Part shown: piece after piece, positions 19,001 to 28,288 of the stretch | Layout of the letters: each line of letters begins with the position of its first letter | Position numbering within the stretch: position 1 is the stretch's first letter | Virus record (IMG/VR): IMGVR_UViG_3300045973_000110 | Coordinates: 1-54,613 of that record | Source of the DNA: a virus | Taxonomy: Duplodnaviria; Caudoviricetes | DNA length: 54,613 bases | Reading direction: 5' to 3' (one strand) | Notes under the pieces: generated by a model | What the model saw: the letters and a program-made list of their open reading frames with translations, nothing else | Databases searched by the model: none | Told to the model about the DNA's origin: nothing | Program-made: the position numbers and the translations under genes

Positions 19001-21254
19001 ACGTAAGATTCAGCTTAACAAAGACCTATTAAAAACAGCCAAAGAAGCTCAGCATGCAGCTCAATACAAGAGTGCAATGGTTACAGACACTGTTAATGGT
19101 GATGGAGGGGCTACTCCTACACCAACTATTGGTCGCGTATCTGATGGATGGGGTCCTTTTAAAACAATAGAAATGTTAGAGCCCACTGTACAGAAACTGA
19201 AAGACCTTTATGCACAACTTAAAAGCTTGCCAAAAAGCGACGCCGATGTAAAGGCTTGGGATAAAACAAAACAATCTTTGGTATCGCTAGAAGCAGAATA
19301 TGCCACCGCTGTATCTGAACTTATTTCATTTAAAGACGCTGGTGTTGCTATCAGTGCCGAAGAAGAGACTTTAATCACTAATTACCAGGCATTAGTTGCT
19401 GAAAATAAAAATTTTACAGCGAGTATTAACGGTACAACGGATTCATATGAAACATTGAATGCCGTACTTACTAATTCCAGGGCTGTATCATCTACGTTAA
19501 AAGACGAGGTTTCTAAATTGACTAGTGTCTACGACGAAATGAATTCGAATGGTTCTTTATCCGCCTCGACCGTTTTAGATTTGATTGCGAATAATAGTGA
19601 TTTAGTAGATATTATTACAATCGAAAATGGTCAATACAGAATATCTGCAAGCGCATTAGAACTAAAATTTAATGCTCAAAAATTAGCGGCAATTGCAAGT
19701 TTAGAAGCTCAAAAGGCATCACTTGGTAATATTACCGCGTTAGAAGCAGAAAGAGACGCCTACCTAAGAAATGCAGAGGGCGCTAGTGTTGATGCCAAGG
19801 CAAAGATGCTCGCCATGGCTGCTACTGCTACGTCAAATCTAACAGACCTTAAGGCTGCTGTAGCAATTATTGATAGACAAGTGACCTTAATTAAAGGAAT
19901 GTCTTGGAAGAGTTTTACAGCGTCAACAAAAACAGCAACATCTGCCGTCGATAAATTAAACGATAAACTTAAAGACCAACAGGATATTCTTGACAAATTA
20001 GAAAAGCGCTATAGTGCATTTAAAAACGCAGTTTTAAAATTACTTGAAAAAGAGAAAAAAGCGCTCGAAGAGCAAAAAACTGCACTCGAAGCAAACTATG
20101 ACGCACAAATTAAAGTTTTACAAGACCAGATGGATGCGATGGATAAGCAGGCTTCCGAAGCAGACAGATTGCTTGCCATTGAAGAGGCTCGTCTTGCTGT
20201 TGCCAAGGCAGAAAAAGCTCTCGCAGACGCAATGCAACAAAAGAATACTCGCGTTTATTCTGCTGCCGCTGGTTGGACTTGGACATCTGACCCAGAAGCT
20301 GTTAAGAATGCACAAGATAGTCTTGATGAATCAAAAACATCATTACAAAAATTACTAGATGATTGGAATTTTGACCAAGCAAAAGCTCAGTTACAATCTG
20401 CTATTGACGCTCTTGAAGCCGCAAAGGTTGCCGCTGTTAAGATTATTCAAGACCAAATTGATAATCTAGACAAATTATCCGATGCTTGGACAGATTCTAT
20501 GGATATCGAGGAAGACCTTTCTAAATATTCTGGTCTACTTGGTCAACTAGCCGCATTCGAAGCCGCTTCATATGCTGATAGAATGAAGATGTTGACAAAG
20601 TTTGCTGATGACTGGGAAAGAGAATCTTCTAGAATTAACGCCGCAATTGCACAAACTCAATCTCAAATTGATAACAAAGGTACTGGTGGTGGTGGAGGAG
20701 GCGGAGGTGGCGGTGGCGGTGAAACCGCTGCTCAAAGAGCTGCAAGGCTAAAGCAGGAAGCTGCTGATGCATTAGCAGCGCAACGTGCTTCTGGAAAAGT
20801 TCAATGGAACAAACTTGTAGAGAGTGCTAAGATGAACGATATGAAAGGGTTTTATGATTTACTTGGTGCAGATTTAAGAGCATTAGATAAATTATATAAT
20901 TCTGATATAACATTCTATAGTGCTGGATATGACCCAAAGGCAAATGGACGCAAAAAATATAAATCATTCAAAGAGGGCGGACCAGTTGCTTATACTGGTA
21001 TGGCTGCTGTACATGGAACTCCAAGTAACAAAGAGTGGATGCTTACATCTAGGGAATTGCCAGTTGTTAAAAATCTATTCTCTAAGATGGGGGTTAATTA
21101 TCAAAACTCTATGCTTAAACCTCAAAGTTTAAATGGAACTCAAGCTACTAATTATATGGTTTATGGTGACATTAACGTTAAAGCCGACTCTCAGGATACG
21201 CTTGATACTGTTTTACAATCTGCCATGGCTTATGCGAAATCTGGAAAGGGGTGA
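16086..21254 (+). CDS. Tail tape measure protein (TP901 family core)
   Basis: 1722 aa, helical and Ala-rich, with TP901 core, hydrophobic segment, poly-Gly linker and C-terminal GGPVAYTG..AVHG..EW motif. Confidence 0.92.
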   Translation: MNKLKLEVGFQVAGIEGIQKITQEAQTLINNSDLKFPGNRSEKMIVTEIKHRAVLVQKATKDEAALYKHMYDVIGQYGSQTVTAKVAAINPQPGIGKEKNQIAYNWKGISVDIASASKELEKFRQKGELIASKLSKSAGKPSETKMLQEEFANTQRKIAEIGARAAKTTPKGKSDVAKNAIAATAELDRAYGIAMENINRVTEKTFNKSFDTIDRALTKEARAVAEFQVASQSNVPRDNNPAQLENLRKISEQAKIEADNVINTEQRMWADMLKNGQIGSAKYTEMMAKTETDRARINDDQMKQTSARAAIYQENEFKKTLQVINKKKLEIDQATKSLSQLGTKKDETLDYIAKAKIQLDIAEQNKKQQKEVLIAGGKQVLVTRLENEAQADLNASTAKFNAQGKGQINIIDDIMSGMKQAAARVINYTLVYRLLWGAIGMGKEAIAIIKELNKSMADIRMVTGQSLSSATALMNTYSQMGIELGATTGEIANSAVEFLRQGKTISETNQLIRQAMILSKVGAIESAEATEYLTSVINGYEMSVSDAGHVVDAMSQVDIKAATSVKELAIALQQSANSARNAGVGFDTLLGYVGAVSERTRKSAETIGQAFKTMFARMQNIKVGKFVDDDTSESLNDVEKVLGKLGIALRTVDGQWRASSSVLDDLNSKWSVLTQTEKNAAAVALGGVRQREILLALMDSYDRAMVLEAEAVNSSGAAAKKYASYLDSIAAKQNKLRATAEKMIFSDFTQSAYELIMLDIPQALLDIAKSFWILEGAITFGAFFGAIEIINRLKLAFIGLQKIMAFYLTANESVAVVKGFADMYDAAMALDGADQVLQATKLGNAAANEVYNATQLKRILLDAKVEESVITQILGMKGLTYATVESATATGFFTLALKTLGAVIMAHPLIFLAVALFAVFQAFSALDVSMAEHAKKVEDLTTAISDLNAEYDKLAKKTNPTESDKMYMEILQRKIQLNKDLLKTAKEAQHAAQYKSAMVTDTVNGDGGATPTPTIGRVSDGWGPFKTIEMLEPTVQKLKDLYAQLKSLPKSDADVKAWDKTKQSLVSLEAEYATAVSELISFKDAGVAISAEEETLITNYQALVAENKNFTASINGTTDSYETLNAVLTNSRAVSSTLKDEVSKLTSVYDEMNSNGSLSASTVLDLIANNSDLVDIITIENGQYRISASALELKFNAQKLAAIASLEAQKASLGNITALEAERDAYLRNAEGASVDAKAKMLAMAATATSNLTDLKAAVAIIDRQVTLIKGMSWKSFTASTKTATSAVDKLNDKLKDQQDILDKLEKRYSAFKNAVLKLLEKEKKALEEQKTALEANYDAQIKVLQDQMDAMDKQASEADRLLAIEEARLAVAKAEKALADAMQQKNTRVYSAAAGWTWTSDPEAVKNAQDSLDESKTSLQKLLDDWNFDQAKAQLQSAIDALEAAKVAAVKIIQDQIDNLDKLSDAWTDSMDIEEDLSKYSGLLGQLAAFEAASYADRMKMLTKFADDWERESSRINAAIAQTQSQIDNKGTGGGGGGGGGGGGETAAQRAARLKQEAADALAAQRASGKVQWNKLVESAKMNDMKGFYDLLGADLRALDKLYNSDITFYSAGYDPKANGRKKYKSFKEGGPVAYTGMAAVHGTPSNKEWMLTSRELPVVKNLFSKMGVNYQNSMLKPQSLNGTQATNYMVYGDINVKADSQDTLDTVLQSAMAYAKSGKG

Positions 21255-21259
21255 TTTGA

Positions 21260-22909
21260 TTGCCTAAAATTTACAAACCGAATAGGATAACAATGCATCC
21301 AAATAACGAAACAATCGACCCCACGATGGCAAATGTTTTCTCATTTATTTTTTCTGGTGTTAAATTAACGTCATATACTTATACGTTCTATAATTTATTT
21401 AATGGAACTGCTGTATTGACTCGTACCACAAGCGGCGCTACAAGATATGATGGGGATGTGATATATGAAAACATCCCCTCATCCTTGTGGGGTATATATA
21501 CGAACCATCAACTTTCATATGATGTACATTTATTTGGTGAAAATTTTAACTGTAGCGGAACCGCTACGGATGATGAGCTTTATATACCAGGTGCAAATTA
21601 TGGATTTGCAGAAAGGGTCTTTATTGGTACTCTTTCATTTTTGGGGGTTCAAGATGTTTATTTGATACCCTCTGGAACTCAAGATTACTATTATGCGTTT
21701 TTGAATGTTGAGGCTGCAAAAAATGCGTTACAAGTAAATAGGGTTGTAGTCCAAACATCATTATCTGGTGTATCTACTAAGGCACATGCATATTCTGAAC
21801 AAATACCAATCCAAACCGCATTGCAGCCTACATTTACACTGGGCGTTGTGACTGCTCAATCTGGTACACACACGGTTACCCCATCTTATTCGCAGGCGAA
21901 TGGATACGCACTAAATAGTTATACTTTTTATTTGTATGATGTAAATGGCGTAGAATTATTAACGAATAGCGAGGTTTTTAGTTCAAACGCTAAGTATGAT
22001 TTTCAATACTTAATTGATGGGCAACAATATCAAGTGCGTTTTACTGGTAAAAGCGTATTAAATCAATATGTAGATACTGGGAAAATTGCAATGAACGTAA
22101 CTTACGCAAAAGCATTTACAAATAAGACAATACCAATTACTGGAACTAATGAGTGTCAGTATGGTAGGGTTAAAGTTAATATTCCGTCGCACTCACCATC
22201 ATTCACTGTTGTTGAAGTTATCGGCGGAGATACGGTAAATCATACGTTTACGCTTGTAAACACACTAATCTATCGTAAAGAAATTTCAGAATCGTCCGTA
22301 CAATTAATCGCAGTTGCTGACCCAATGTTAACATCTTATAATGATTACATGGCTCAGAATGGCAAGGTATATGATTATTCAATAGCCTTTTATGGCACGC
22401 TGGATACTGGTGAATATTCTGGTCAAAGTGAGTACTTACCTGGGTATAATGTTATTTCAAATACAAACCATACTGGGAATATTATAGTTAAATATTATGG
22501 GTGGTTCTTGATTGACTTAGATACTGACAAATCATATAAGTTTGATGCCTTATTTGAGGGTGGAGACCTTACGCAAGAAGATGATTTCACGAAATATAAA
22601 ACAAATCTATCGTACAGTGCTTATAGCGTTGGTAACACGAAAGCGGTTACATCGTCTAATCGAGCCCTTGTTAGTGTTGATAATTTGAATGTAAACTTTC
22701 ATGATACGAATGATTTGTTACAAGAAATCGCCGACCTTGTTTCTACGCGAAACACGCACAGGAAAATAGTTAAGGACAGACGAAATCCAACTAGAATTTT
22801 CCCAGTCTTTACATATGGCTTTATCCAAAATCCATTAAATAATGCAATAGGATATCAACCATATGTATGTTCATTTAGTTTTGACCAGATTGGTGACGTG
22901 ATTCAATAG
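21260..22909 (+). CDS. Distal tail/baseplate protein with FN3-like domains
   Basis: TTG start with RBS, directly after the tape measure gene, beta-rich. Confidence 0.55.
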   Translation: MPKIYKPNRITMHPNNETIDPTMANVFSFIFSGVKLTSYTYTFYNLFNGTAVLTRTTSGATRYDGDVIYENIPSSLWGIYTNHQLSYDVHLFGENFNCSGTATDDELYIPGANYGFAERVFIGTLSFLGVQDVYLIPSGTQDYYYAFLNVEAAKNALQVNRVVVQTSLSGVSTKAHAYSEQIPIQTALQPTFTLGVVTAQSGTHTVTPSYSQANGYALNSYTFYLYDVNGVELLTNSEVFSSNAKYDFQYLIDGQQYQVRFTGKSVLNQYVDTGKIAMNVTYAKAFTNKTIPITGTNECQYGRVKVNIPSHSPSFTVVEVIGGDTVNHTFTLVNTLIYRKEISESSVQLIAVADPMLTSYNDYMAQNGKVYDYSIAFYGTLDTGEYSGQSEYLPGYNVISNTNHTGNIIVKYYGWFLIDLDTDKSYKFDALFEGGDLTQEDDFTKYKTNLSYSAYSVGNTKAVTSSNRALVSVDNLNVNFHDTNDLLQEIADLVSTRNTHRKIVKDRRNPTRIFPVFTYGFIQNPLNNAIGYQPYVCSFSFDQIGDVIQ

Positions 22910-22917
22910 GAGAAAGT

Positions 22918-23271
22918 ATGAAAACAAAAATATTTAAAGAATATTTAATAAGTATACTTTCTAACAATCTGGCATTAACAAATTACTCTGCATATCTTGT
23001 AGATGAAGAAATGACAATTTTAAGCGAGCCCTTTGGTCCTTTTTATACTTCTGTTACTAAGGATGCATCGGGCTTGCTTATATCTGTTTCTGAACCAATA
23101 TGGGAGTGGTCTGGCGTATCTGGTCAGGTTAGAGGAATTTTAATACTTAGACAATCAGAAACAAACGCTATATTTGTAGATTTAGAAAAAAATGTGGCTG
23201 CCGATGGCTTGTTTACGGTTAATTGGACATATGTGGAATTTTTTAGATTCAAAATTGATTCAATGATGTAG
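22918..23271 (+). CDS. Hypothetical tail-associated protein
   Basis: AGGAG RBS, 117 aa. Confidence 0.55.
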   Translation: MKTKIFKEYLISILSNNLALTNYSAYLVDEEMTILSEPFGPFYTSVTKDASGLLISVSEPIWEWSGVSGQVRGILILRQSETNAIFVDLEKNVAADGLFTVNWTYVEFFRFKIDSMM

Positions 23272-23279
23272 GTGATAAA

Positions 23280-23669
23280 ATGTTAAAAAATTATATTAAC
23301 GCCGATATCTTGGTTGATGTATTATCTGGCAATTTCGACCTCGGTTATACAGACGTATTTGTTACAGAAATATTAAATGACCCAAGAGATATTATATTTG
23401 AACTAAAAGAATTAAATGCAAATACTATCGCGATGGTCCCTATCACTGGTGAAAATTCAATGATATGGAATGGTAGAACTGGATTTGTTTCATCATTAGA
23501 TTTACACTATACATTTTCTCCGCCAGAATATGTAAGGAATATCAATGGGATAATCTTGCAAATGGTATTAGACGAGGAAGTTTATTTAGATGTTGATAGT
23601 TTTTCCGTTGATTTTAGTAGCGGAGCTATTTGTTTTTCTGGAGATTTAATTGACGACGTACTCGTCTAA
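23280..23669 (+). CDS. Hypothetical tail-associated protein
   Basis: AGGTG RBS, 129 aa. Confidence 0.55.
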   Translation: MLKNYINADILVDVLSGNFDLGYTDVFVTEILNDPRDIIFELKELNANTIAMVPITGENSMIWNGRTGFVSSLDLHYTFSPPEYVRNINGIILQMVLDEEVYLDVDSFSVDFSSGAICFSGDLIDDVLV

Positions 23670-23681
23670 GGGGGTGTTGCT

Positions 23682-25583
23682 ATGCCTAGTGGTTATGTTA
23701 TTACGACAGAGGGTATATTTCCTAGCGACACCCTTTTTCCTTCTAATACATTATATCCAGAATCTGAGATTGTTTTCGTACCAATTGTATACCCATATGA
23801 TGTAGGTATATATCAAGAGGGGATGTTCCCTAGCGAAACATTATATCCTTCGGAACAAACGCTTTTAAGCAATACAACGAATGATATCTTTTACCAAATG
23901 AATTGGCAGTGGGGTAATCAATATATTGGTCAGTCTTTTGAGGTCGGTAGTGACACAACGTTGTCATCTGTTTCTTTTTTAATCAGAAATAATGGGGTAT
24001 GGGGTGATTTGTATGCCATGTTATACACTTGTTCTGGTACTTATGGTAGTGGAGATAACGTTCCAATAGGAAACGTAATTGCTCAATCTAATATAATTGA
24101 TGCAAGTACCATTCCTGATGCGTGGACTGAGACTACTTTTGATTTCGCAGACATACAACTAACTGCGAATACTTTATACGGGATACAATTTTTTGGTACA
24201 TCAAATGGCGCATATGGTATAGTCATGAGTATTGCCGCTAATTCAACTCGACTTACAACGGGTAATGCATATTATTTTAATAATTCTTGGCAAGCCTGGT
24301 CAAATGCTTGTTTATATTTCAAGTTAAAGTCTAATGGCGTAGATTTATATCCGATGTCTAGCGATATTTATATTGTACCTCCTACAGCGATTATTGATGT
24401 ATATTCTAACGCGCGCACAATGTGGGACTTTCAACCTCCGTCATACTCTTCATACCTTAACTATTTAAGTGGGAATATAAGAAAGAGTTATTTTAAAATT
24501 GAATTATTACGCAGGGAAGATGAAACAGTTTATAACACGCTTATTTCCGATATTGTAAATTCTGATGGCTCAACTAGTAATCAGAACCAAGAGGGGGTAA
24601 GGCGCACATGTTCTTTCTCTCTTATAAATGCAATTAATGAATATACAATGTTCTTTAGTAACCTGAGCATTGGGAATAAATTTAGATTGCATATTGGATA
24701 TGAGATTGGAACAAAAATTATATGGTTCTGCCACGGTACTTATTTATTTGATAACCCAACGATGGTCAGCCAGTTTTCAGATAGAACAATACAGGTTGTT
24801 GGCTCAGATAAGTGGACTATGCTAAATGGAACACATGGTGGCATATTAGACGCCACATTTATTGCCAATTTAGGCAGTGATATTTATGGGTTGGTCAAAA
24901 CGATTTTAAATCTAAATATTGTTGGCGACCCTATGCCGCCACTTATTGATAGCAGCCTTTTAAATAAAACAATCACATATGATATTACTAAACAAGCTGG
25001 GGAAACTGCGGCTGATTTATTATTAGAAATAGCCTATAACTTAAGTTGTTATATTTATTATAATCCAGAAGGAAGACTTGTAATTCGTCCATTTGAATAT
25101 GACACAATTAAAGCATCGGCATTTGACTTAACGGTTAGCGACTATAATTTCTTAGGAATGAGCAAACAGTTATCATTCGATAAGATATATAATGCGGTTC
25201 AAGTAAGAGCAGACAATATACAAAATGCCGATGTCCCAATTATTGCCGAAATATTAAATAACGACCTAACAGACCCCAACAGTTATCCGAACTATGGTAT
25301 TAAAAAGCTATATGTTGTAACCGAATACACTAAGGGTATTGACACAGATGAATTGGCACAAGCTAGGGCTGGGTGGGAATTAAAGAACGTTAAATCAAGA
25401 CAATCTTCTATAACGGCGAGCACTTTACCATTGTACCATTTGGATGTAAATGACGTTGTTACAATTACAGACCAGTCTACGAACGATGTTAAGACTAGAT
25501 ATTTGATAGCCGCGATTACTACCCCTATAAGTACTTCTGGTCAAGTATCGTTAAGTATCGTTAGAACAACAGATGAAATATAG
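23682..25583 (+). CDS. Baseplate hub/Tal-like protein with inserted beta-sandwich domain
   Basis: Hub-like C-terminus (IYYNPEGRLVIRP, IYNAVQV, PLYHLDVNDVVTI). N-terminal PSxTLxP repeats. Confidence 0.65.
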   Translation: MPSGYVITTEGIFPSDTLFPSNTLYPESEIVFVPIVYPYDVGIYQEGMFPSETLYPSEQTLLSNTTNDIFYQMNWQWGNQYIGQSFEVGSDTTLSSVSFLIRNNGVWGDLYAMLYTCSGTYGSGDNVPIGNVIAQSNIIDASTIPDAWTETTFDFADIQLTANTLYGIQFFGTSNGAYGIVMSIAANSTRLTTGNAYYFNNSWQAWSNACLYFKLKSNGVDLYPMSSDIYIVPPTAIIDVYSNARTMWDFQPPSYSSYLNYLSGNIRKSYFKIELLRREDETVYNTLISDIVNSDGSTSNQNQEGVRRTCSFSLINAINEYTMFFSNLSIGNKFRLHIGYEIGTKIIWFCHGTYLFDNPTMVSQFSDRTIQVVGSDKWTMLNGTHGGILDATFIANLGSDIYGLVKTILNLNIVGDPMPPLIDSSLLNKTITYDITKQAGETAADLLLEIAYNLSCYIYYNPEGRLVIRPFEYDTIKASAFDLTVSDYNFLGMSKQLSFDKIYNAVQVRADNIQNADVPIIAEILNNDLTDPNSYPNYGIKKLYVVTEYTKGIDTDELAQARAGWELKNVKSRQSSITASTLPLYHLDVNDVVTITDQSTNDVKTRYLIAAITTPISTSGQVSLSIVRTTDEI

Positions 25584-25596
25584 GTGGTGAACATCA

Positions 25597-26151
25597 ATGG
25601 ATGATAAGATTAGTAAAAAAAGCTCAATGCTAACTCAACTTATTTCTGATATAGCATACAGGGTAACATGTAAAATATTGAGAGACGAACAATCTACTAA
25701 TATGTTAGCATGTATTGTTGCCTCGTATGATTCTGGCAGAAATACTGCGACGCTATATATGCCTCCAGATTATATAACCGCTGGGGTTGTACGGTATATA
25801 AACCATACTAATTCACAACTTTCTGTTGGGGATAAGGTCTATTTACTGTATAAATATGGTGATGTTTCGCAGGGGTGGATTGCGCACAAATCAGATGGTA
25901 GTCATTTAATTTGCGGAATTTATAGTGCAACTGGATTGACACAGGACGATACATATAGTTTTATTGTTCCGTTTAATAAAACTTATACTGGTGTTAATTT
26001 ACCACAGGTTTTGATAACAATAAATACAGATGTGCCACAAAACGTACACGCCAGCGTCAACTCTATAACTGCTACTGGATTTACTTTGGCGGTTAATAGG
26101 GTTGATGCGGTTGATACGCTCGACGTAAGCTGGCTCGCAATAGGCGGGTAA
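25597..26151 (+). CDS. Spike-like protein with C-terminal H-type lectin/gp53-like domain
   Basis: OB-like N-terminus (LSVGDKVYL). C-terminus PQVLITI..SITATGFTL..VSWLAIG. Confidence 0.55.
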   Translation: MDDKISKKSSMLTQLISDIAYRVTCKILRDEQSTNMLACIVASYDSGRNTATLYMPPDYITAGVVRYINHTNSQLSVGDKVYLLYKYGDVSQGWIAHKSDGSHLICGIYSATGLTQDDTYSFIVPFNKTYTGVNLPQVLITINTDVPQNVHASVNSITATGFTLAVNRVDAVDTLDVSWLAIGG

Positions 26152-26180
26152 TAAAATATTTATGAAAGTGAGGTAACTCA

Positions 26181-26678
26181 ATGGATTATACTAAGACGAC
26201 TTGGGTTAATGGTTCAACATCGCCAATTAACGCAACAAACCTCAATAAGATTGAGGATGGGATTTATAATTCCGCCGTTGCGATTACGAGTATGGATGTC
26301 GACATCGGTACTTTACAAGAAGATATGACTACTGCGCAACAGGATATTATTGACATCAACGCAGAAATTGGCTCGATGGTTTTGGGCGCTACTATGACTA
26401 CAAACGCAAATACTGCTACGGCAACTGGATTTTATTATGCGGCTGATACGGCTACAAATTTACCTACAGTAAACGCTTATTCGATTATTACCGCGCCATT
26501 TGATGCAACAAATCTTGCTCAAATTGCAATTAAACGTGGTACGACGACCAACTATGCAATGTTCTATCGTGTATGTGTTGCGAATGTATGGTCGGCATGG
26601 CGTAGCGTAAGTGGTAGTACAATCTCTGCAAGTGCACCAAGTGGCGGGCTAGACGGCGACGTTTGGTACGTGGTTTAA
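26181..26678 (+). CDS. Tail fibre protein (knob-like domain)
   Basis: YTKTTWVNG..INATNLNKIEDGI, coiled coil, TGFYY...WSAW. Confidence 0.6.
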   Translation: MDYTKTTWVNGSTSPINATNLNKIEDGIYNSAVAITSMDVDIGTLQEDMTTAQQDIIDINAEIGSMVLGATMTTNANTATATGFYYAADTATNLPTVNAYSIITAPFDATNLAQIAIKRGTTTNYAMFYRVCVANVWSAWRSVSGSTISASAPSGGLDGDVWYVV

Positions 26679-26681
26679 TAT

Positions 26682-27473
26682 ATGGCAAGCGCACTAAGTT
26701 CTGCTATCAACGCCATTAAATATGCTAAAGTTCATGCAAAACAAAGTGGCGCATGGAGCGTTATACACGAGGCGTGGGCTAAAAGCGGCACGTGGAAAGA
26801 GCCTAGTCAAATATGGGTTAAGACTGGCGGGGTATGGGAAAGAGCAACGACACCAGTACGTTATGTCAAATTTAATGGCAGTTCGTCATATTTTGATTGC
26901 AACCAATATTATAATAATTATATTAGTGGCGCATCAACCACATATTATGAATTTAGCATTATACTAACATCTACGTCAACTGTCCAAACTTTATTTTCAT
27001 ATGGTTCTGCAACGGATTATTGCACCATAGAGGTTGGCACAGACGGAAAGGTGTATGTTAAAACACGTTACGATAGTGGGTCTGCATATTCGTTTAATCA
27101 TGCAACCGCCTTATCATTAAACACATTTTATCTAATTCGAGTAGAATTTGTTAATGCATCTACTGGATATATCAGGATTAGGAATGTATCTGGTGGCGCC
27201 GTAGGGGTTGATTATTCAAGTGGTAATATTGCTAGCATATTAAATACTAGTATCAAATATATTGGTAAAAAATATAATAGCACTAACTATTTTTCTGGGT
27301 ATTTAATGGATGTCAATATGTTTGGCGGACATTATGGTGGAACTGATTATCGTCACGACTCTAATTCTCTTGCATCTTCTACTATTGGCAGTAACGCCAT
27401 AGTAGATTCTTATACTGCTGATGGGACACAAAATTTAACGGGGTATAACGTAGTTGTCGCAACAACTGGATAG
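26682..27473 (+). CDS. LamG/concanavalin-like receptor-binding protein
   Basis: VKFNGSSSY, YIGK...YFSGYL. N-terminal W-x-K-x-G-x-W repeats. Confidence 0.55.
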   Translation: MASALSSAINAIKYAKVHAKQSGAWSVIHEAWAKSGTWKEPSQIWVKTGGVWERATTPVRYVKFNGSSSYFDCNQYYNNYISGASTTYYEFSIILTSTSTVQTLFSYGSATDYCTIEVGTDGKVYVKTRYDSGSAYSFNHATALSLNTFYLIRVEFVNASTGYIRIRNVSGGAVGVDYSSGNIASILNTSIKYIGKKYNSTNYFSGYLMDVNMFGGHYGGTDYRHDSNSLASSTIGSNAIVDSYTADGTQNLTGYNVVVATTG

Positions 27474-27484
27474 GGGCTGATTTT

Positions 27485-27862
27485 ATGTCAATTCTAAAGT
27501 ATCAAACTGGCAGAGTGCTCGGCTTCTTAGACCGCCGCAATGGTGTTAAACCAGAGGATTTGCCCGTATATAAGTATAGTTATGTTAATTTAATGGAAGA
27601 GATTATGGCATTGCGTATTCTTATGACACAGTTATCCAGTGGTAAGAGCGCATACCAAATTTGGCTTGACCAAGGTAACGAAGGAACAGAAGAAGATTTC
27701 TTGCGCAGTCTCGGAAGCACCGTATTTGTTGGCACATTGCCTCCTACTGGAACACCTGTATCTGGTGATATGTGGTGGAATAGTGAGCAAGGTCAACTTA
27801 AGATTTATTACGAGGATGGTGATTCTTCCCAATGGGTAGATGCTGCTGCTGGAATAGTTTAA
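27485..27862 (+). CDS. Fibre-associated protein
   Basis: Motifs GKSAYQIWLDQGNEGTEEDFL and GDMWWNS...QWV. Confidence 0.55.
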   Translation: MSILKYQTGRVLGFLDRRNGVKPEDLPVYKYSYVNLMEEIMALRILMTQLSSGKSAYQIWLDQGNEGTEEDFLRSLGSTVFVGTLPPTGTPVSGDMWWNSEQGQLKIYYEDGDSSQWVDAAAGIV

Positions 27863-27899
27863 AATATATCTTTTATTGCAAGAAACGAGGTGGTAGTAA

Positions 27900-28277
27900 A
27901 TGGCGTTAAATTTTCCAACTAGTCCTACGCTTAATCAAGTATATACATATGGTGACAAATCATGGGCTTGGGATGGAACTAGTTGGCTATCTATAAATAC
28001 TACCTCCGTGTTTGATTTAACATCTCCGTCAGATTGGGATACAATCAAATATAACCCAGGAACAATTAAATGGGAGGCAAAACCAGATTCTTATGTACAT
28101 ACGCAAACCGTTGTATCAGATACATGGATAATTGAGCATAATCTACACAAGTATCCGTCTGTACATGTATTTGATAGTTTTAATTTCGAAGTAGTTGGTA
28201 GCGTTATACATGATTCGTTGGTTCAGATGACTATTACTTTCACTGGAGGTTTTTCTGGTGTTGCTTACCTTAATTAA
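27900..28277 (+). CDS. Fibre-associated protein
   Basis: Motifs LNFPTSPTLNQVY..W.WDG and WIIEHNL.KYPSV. Confidence 0.55.
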   Translation: MALNFPTSPTLNQVYTYGDKSWAWDGTSWLSINTTSVFDLTSPSDWDTIKYNPGTIKWEAKPDSYVHTQTVVSDTWIIEHNLHKYPSVHVFDSFNFEVVGSVIHDSLVQMTITFTGGFSGVAYLN

Positions 28278-28288
28278 GGAGGAAATAT

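Noticed and set aside
20684-20720. GGN repeat as a contingency locus or G-quadruplex
   Set aside because: Mixed ggt/gga/ggc codons encode a poly-Gly linker, which is common in tape measure proteins.
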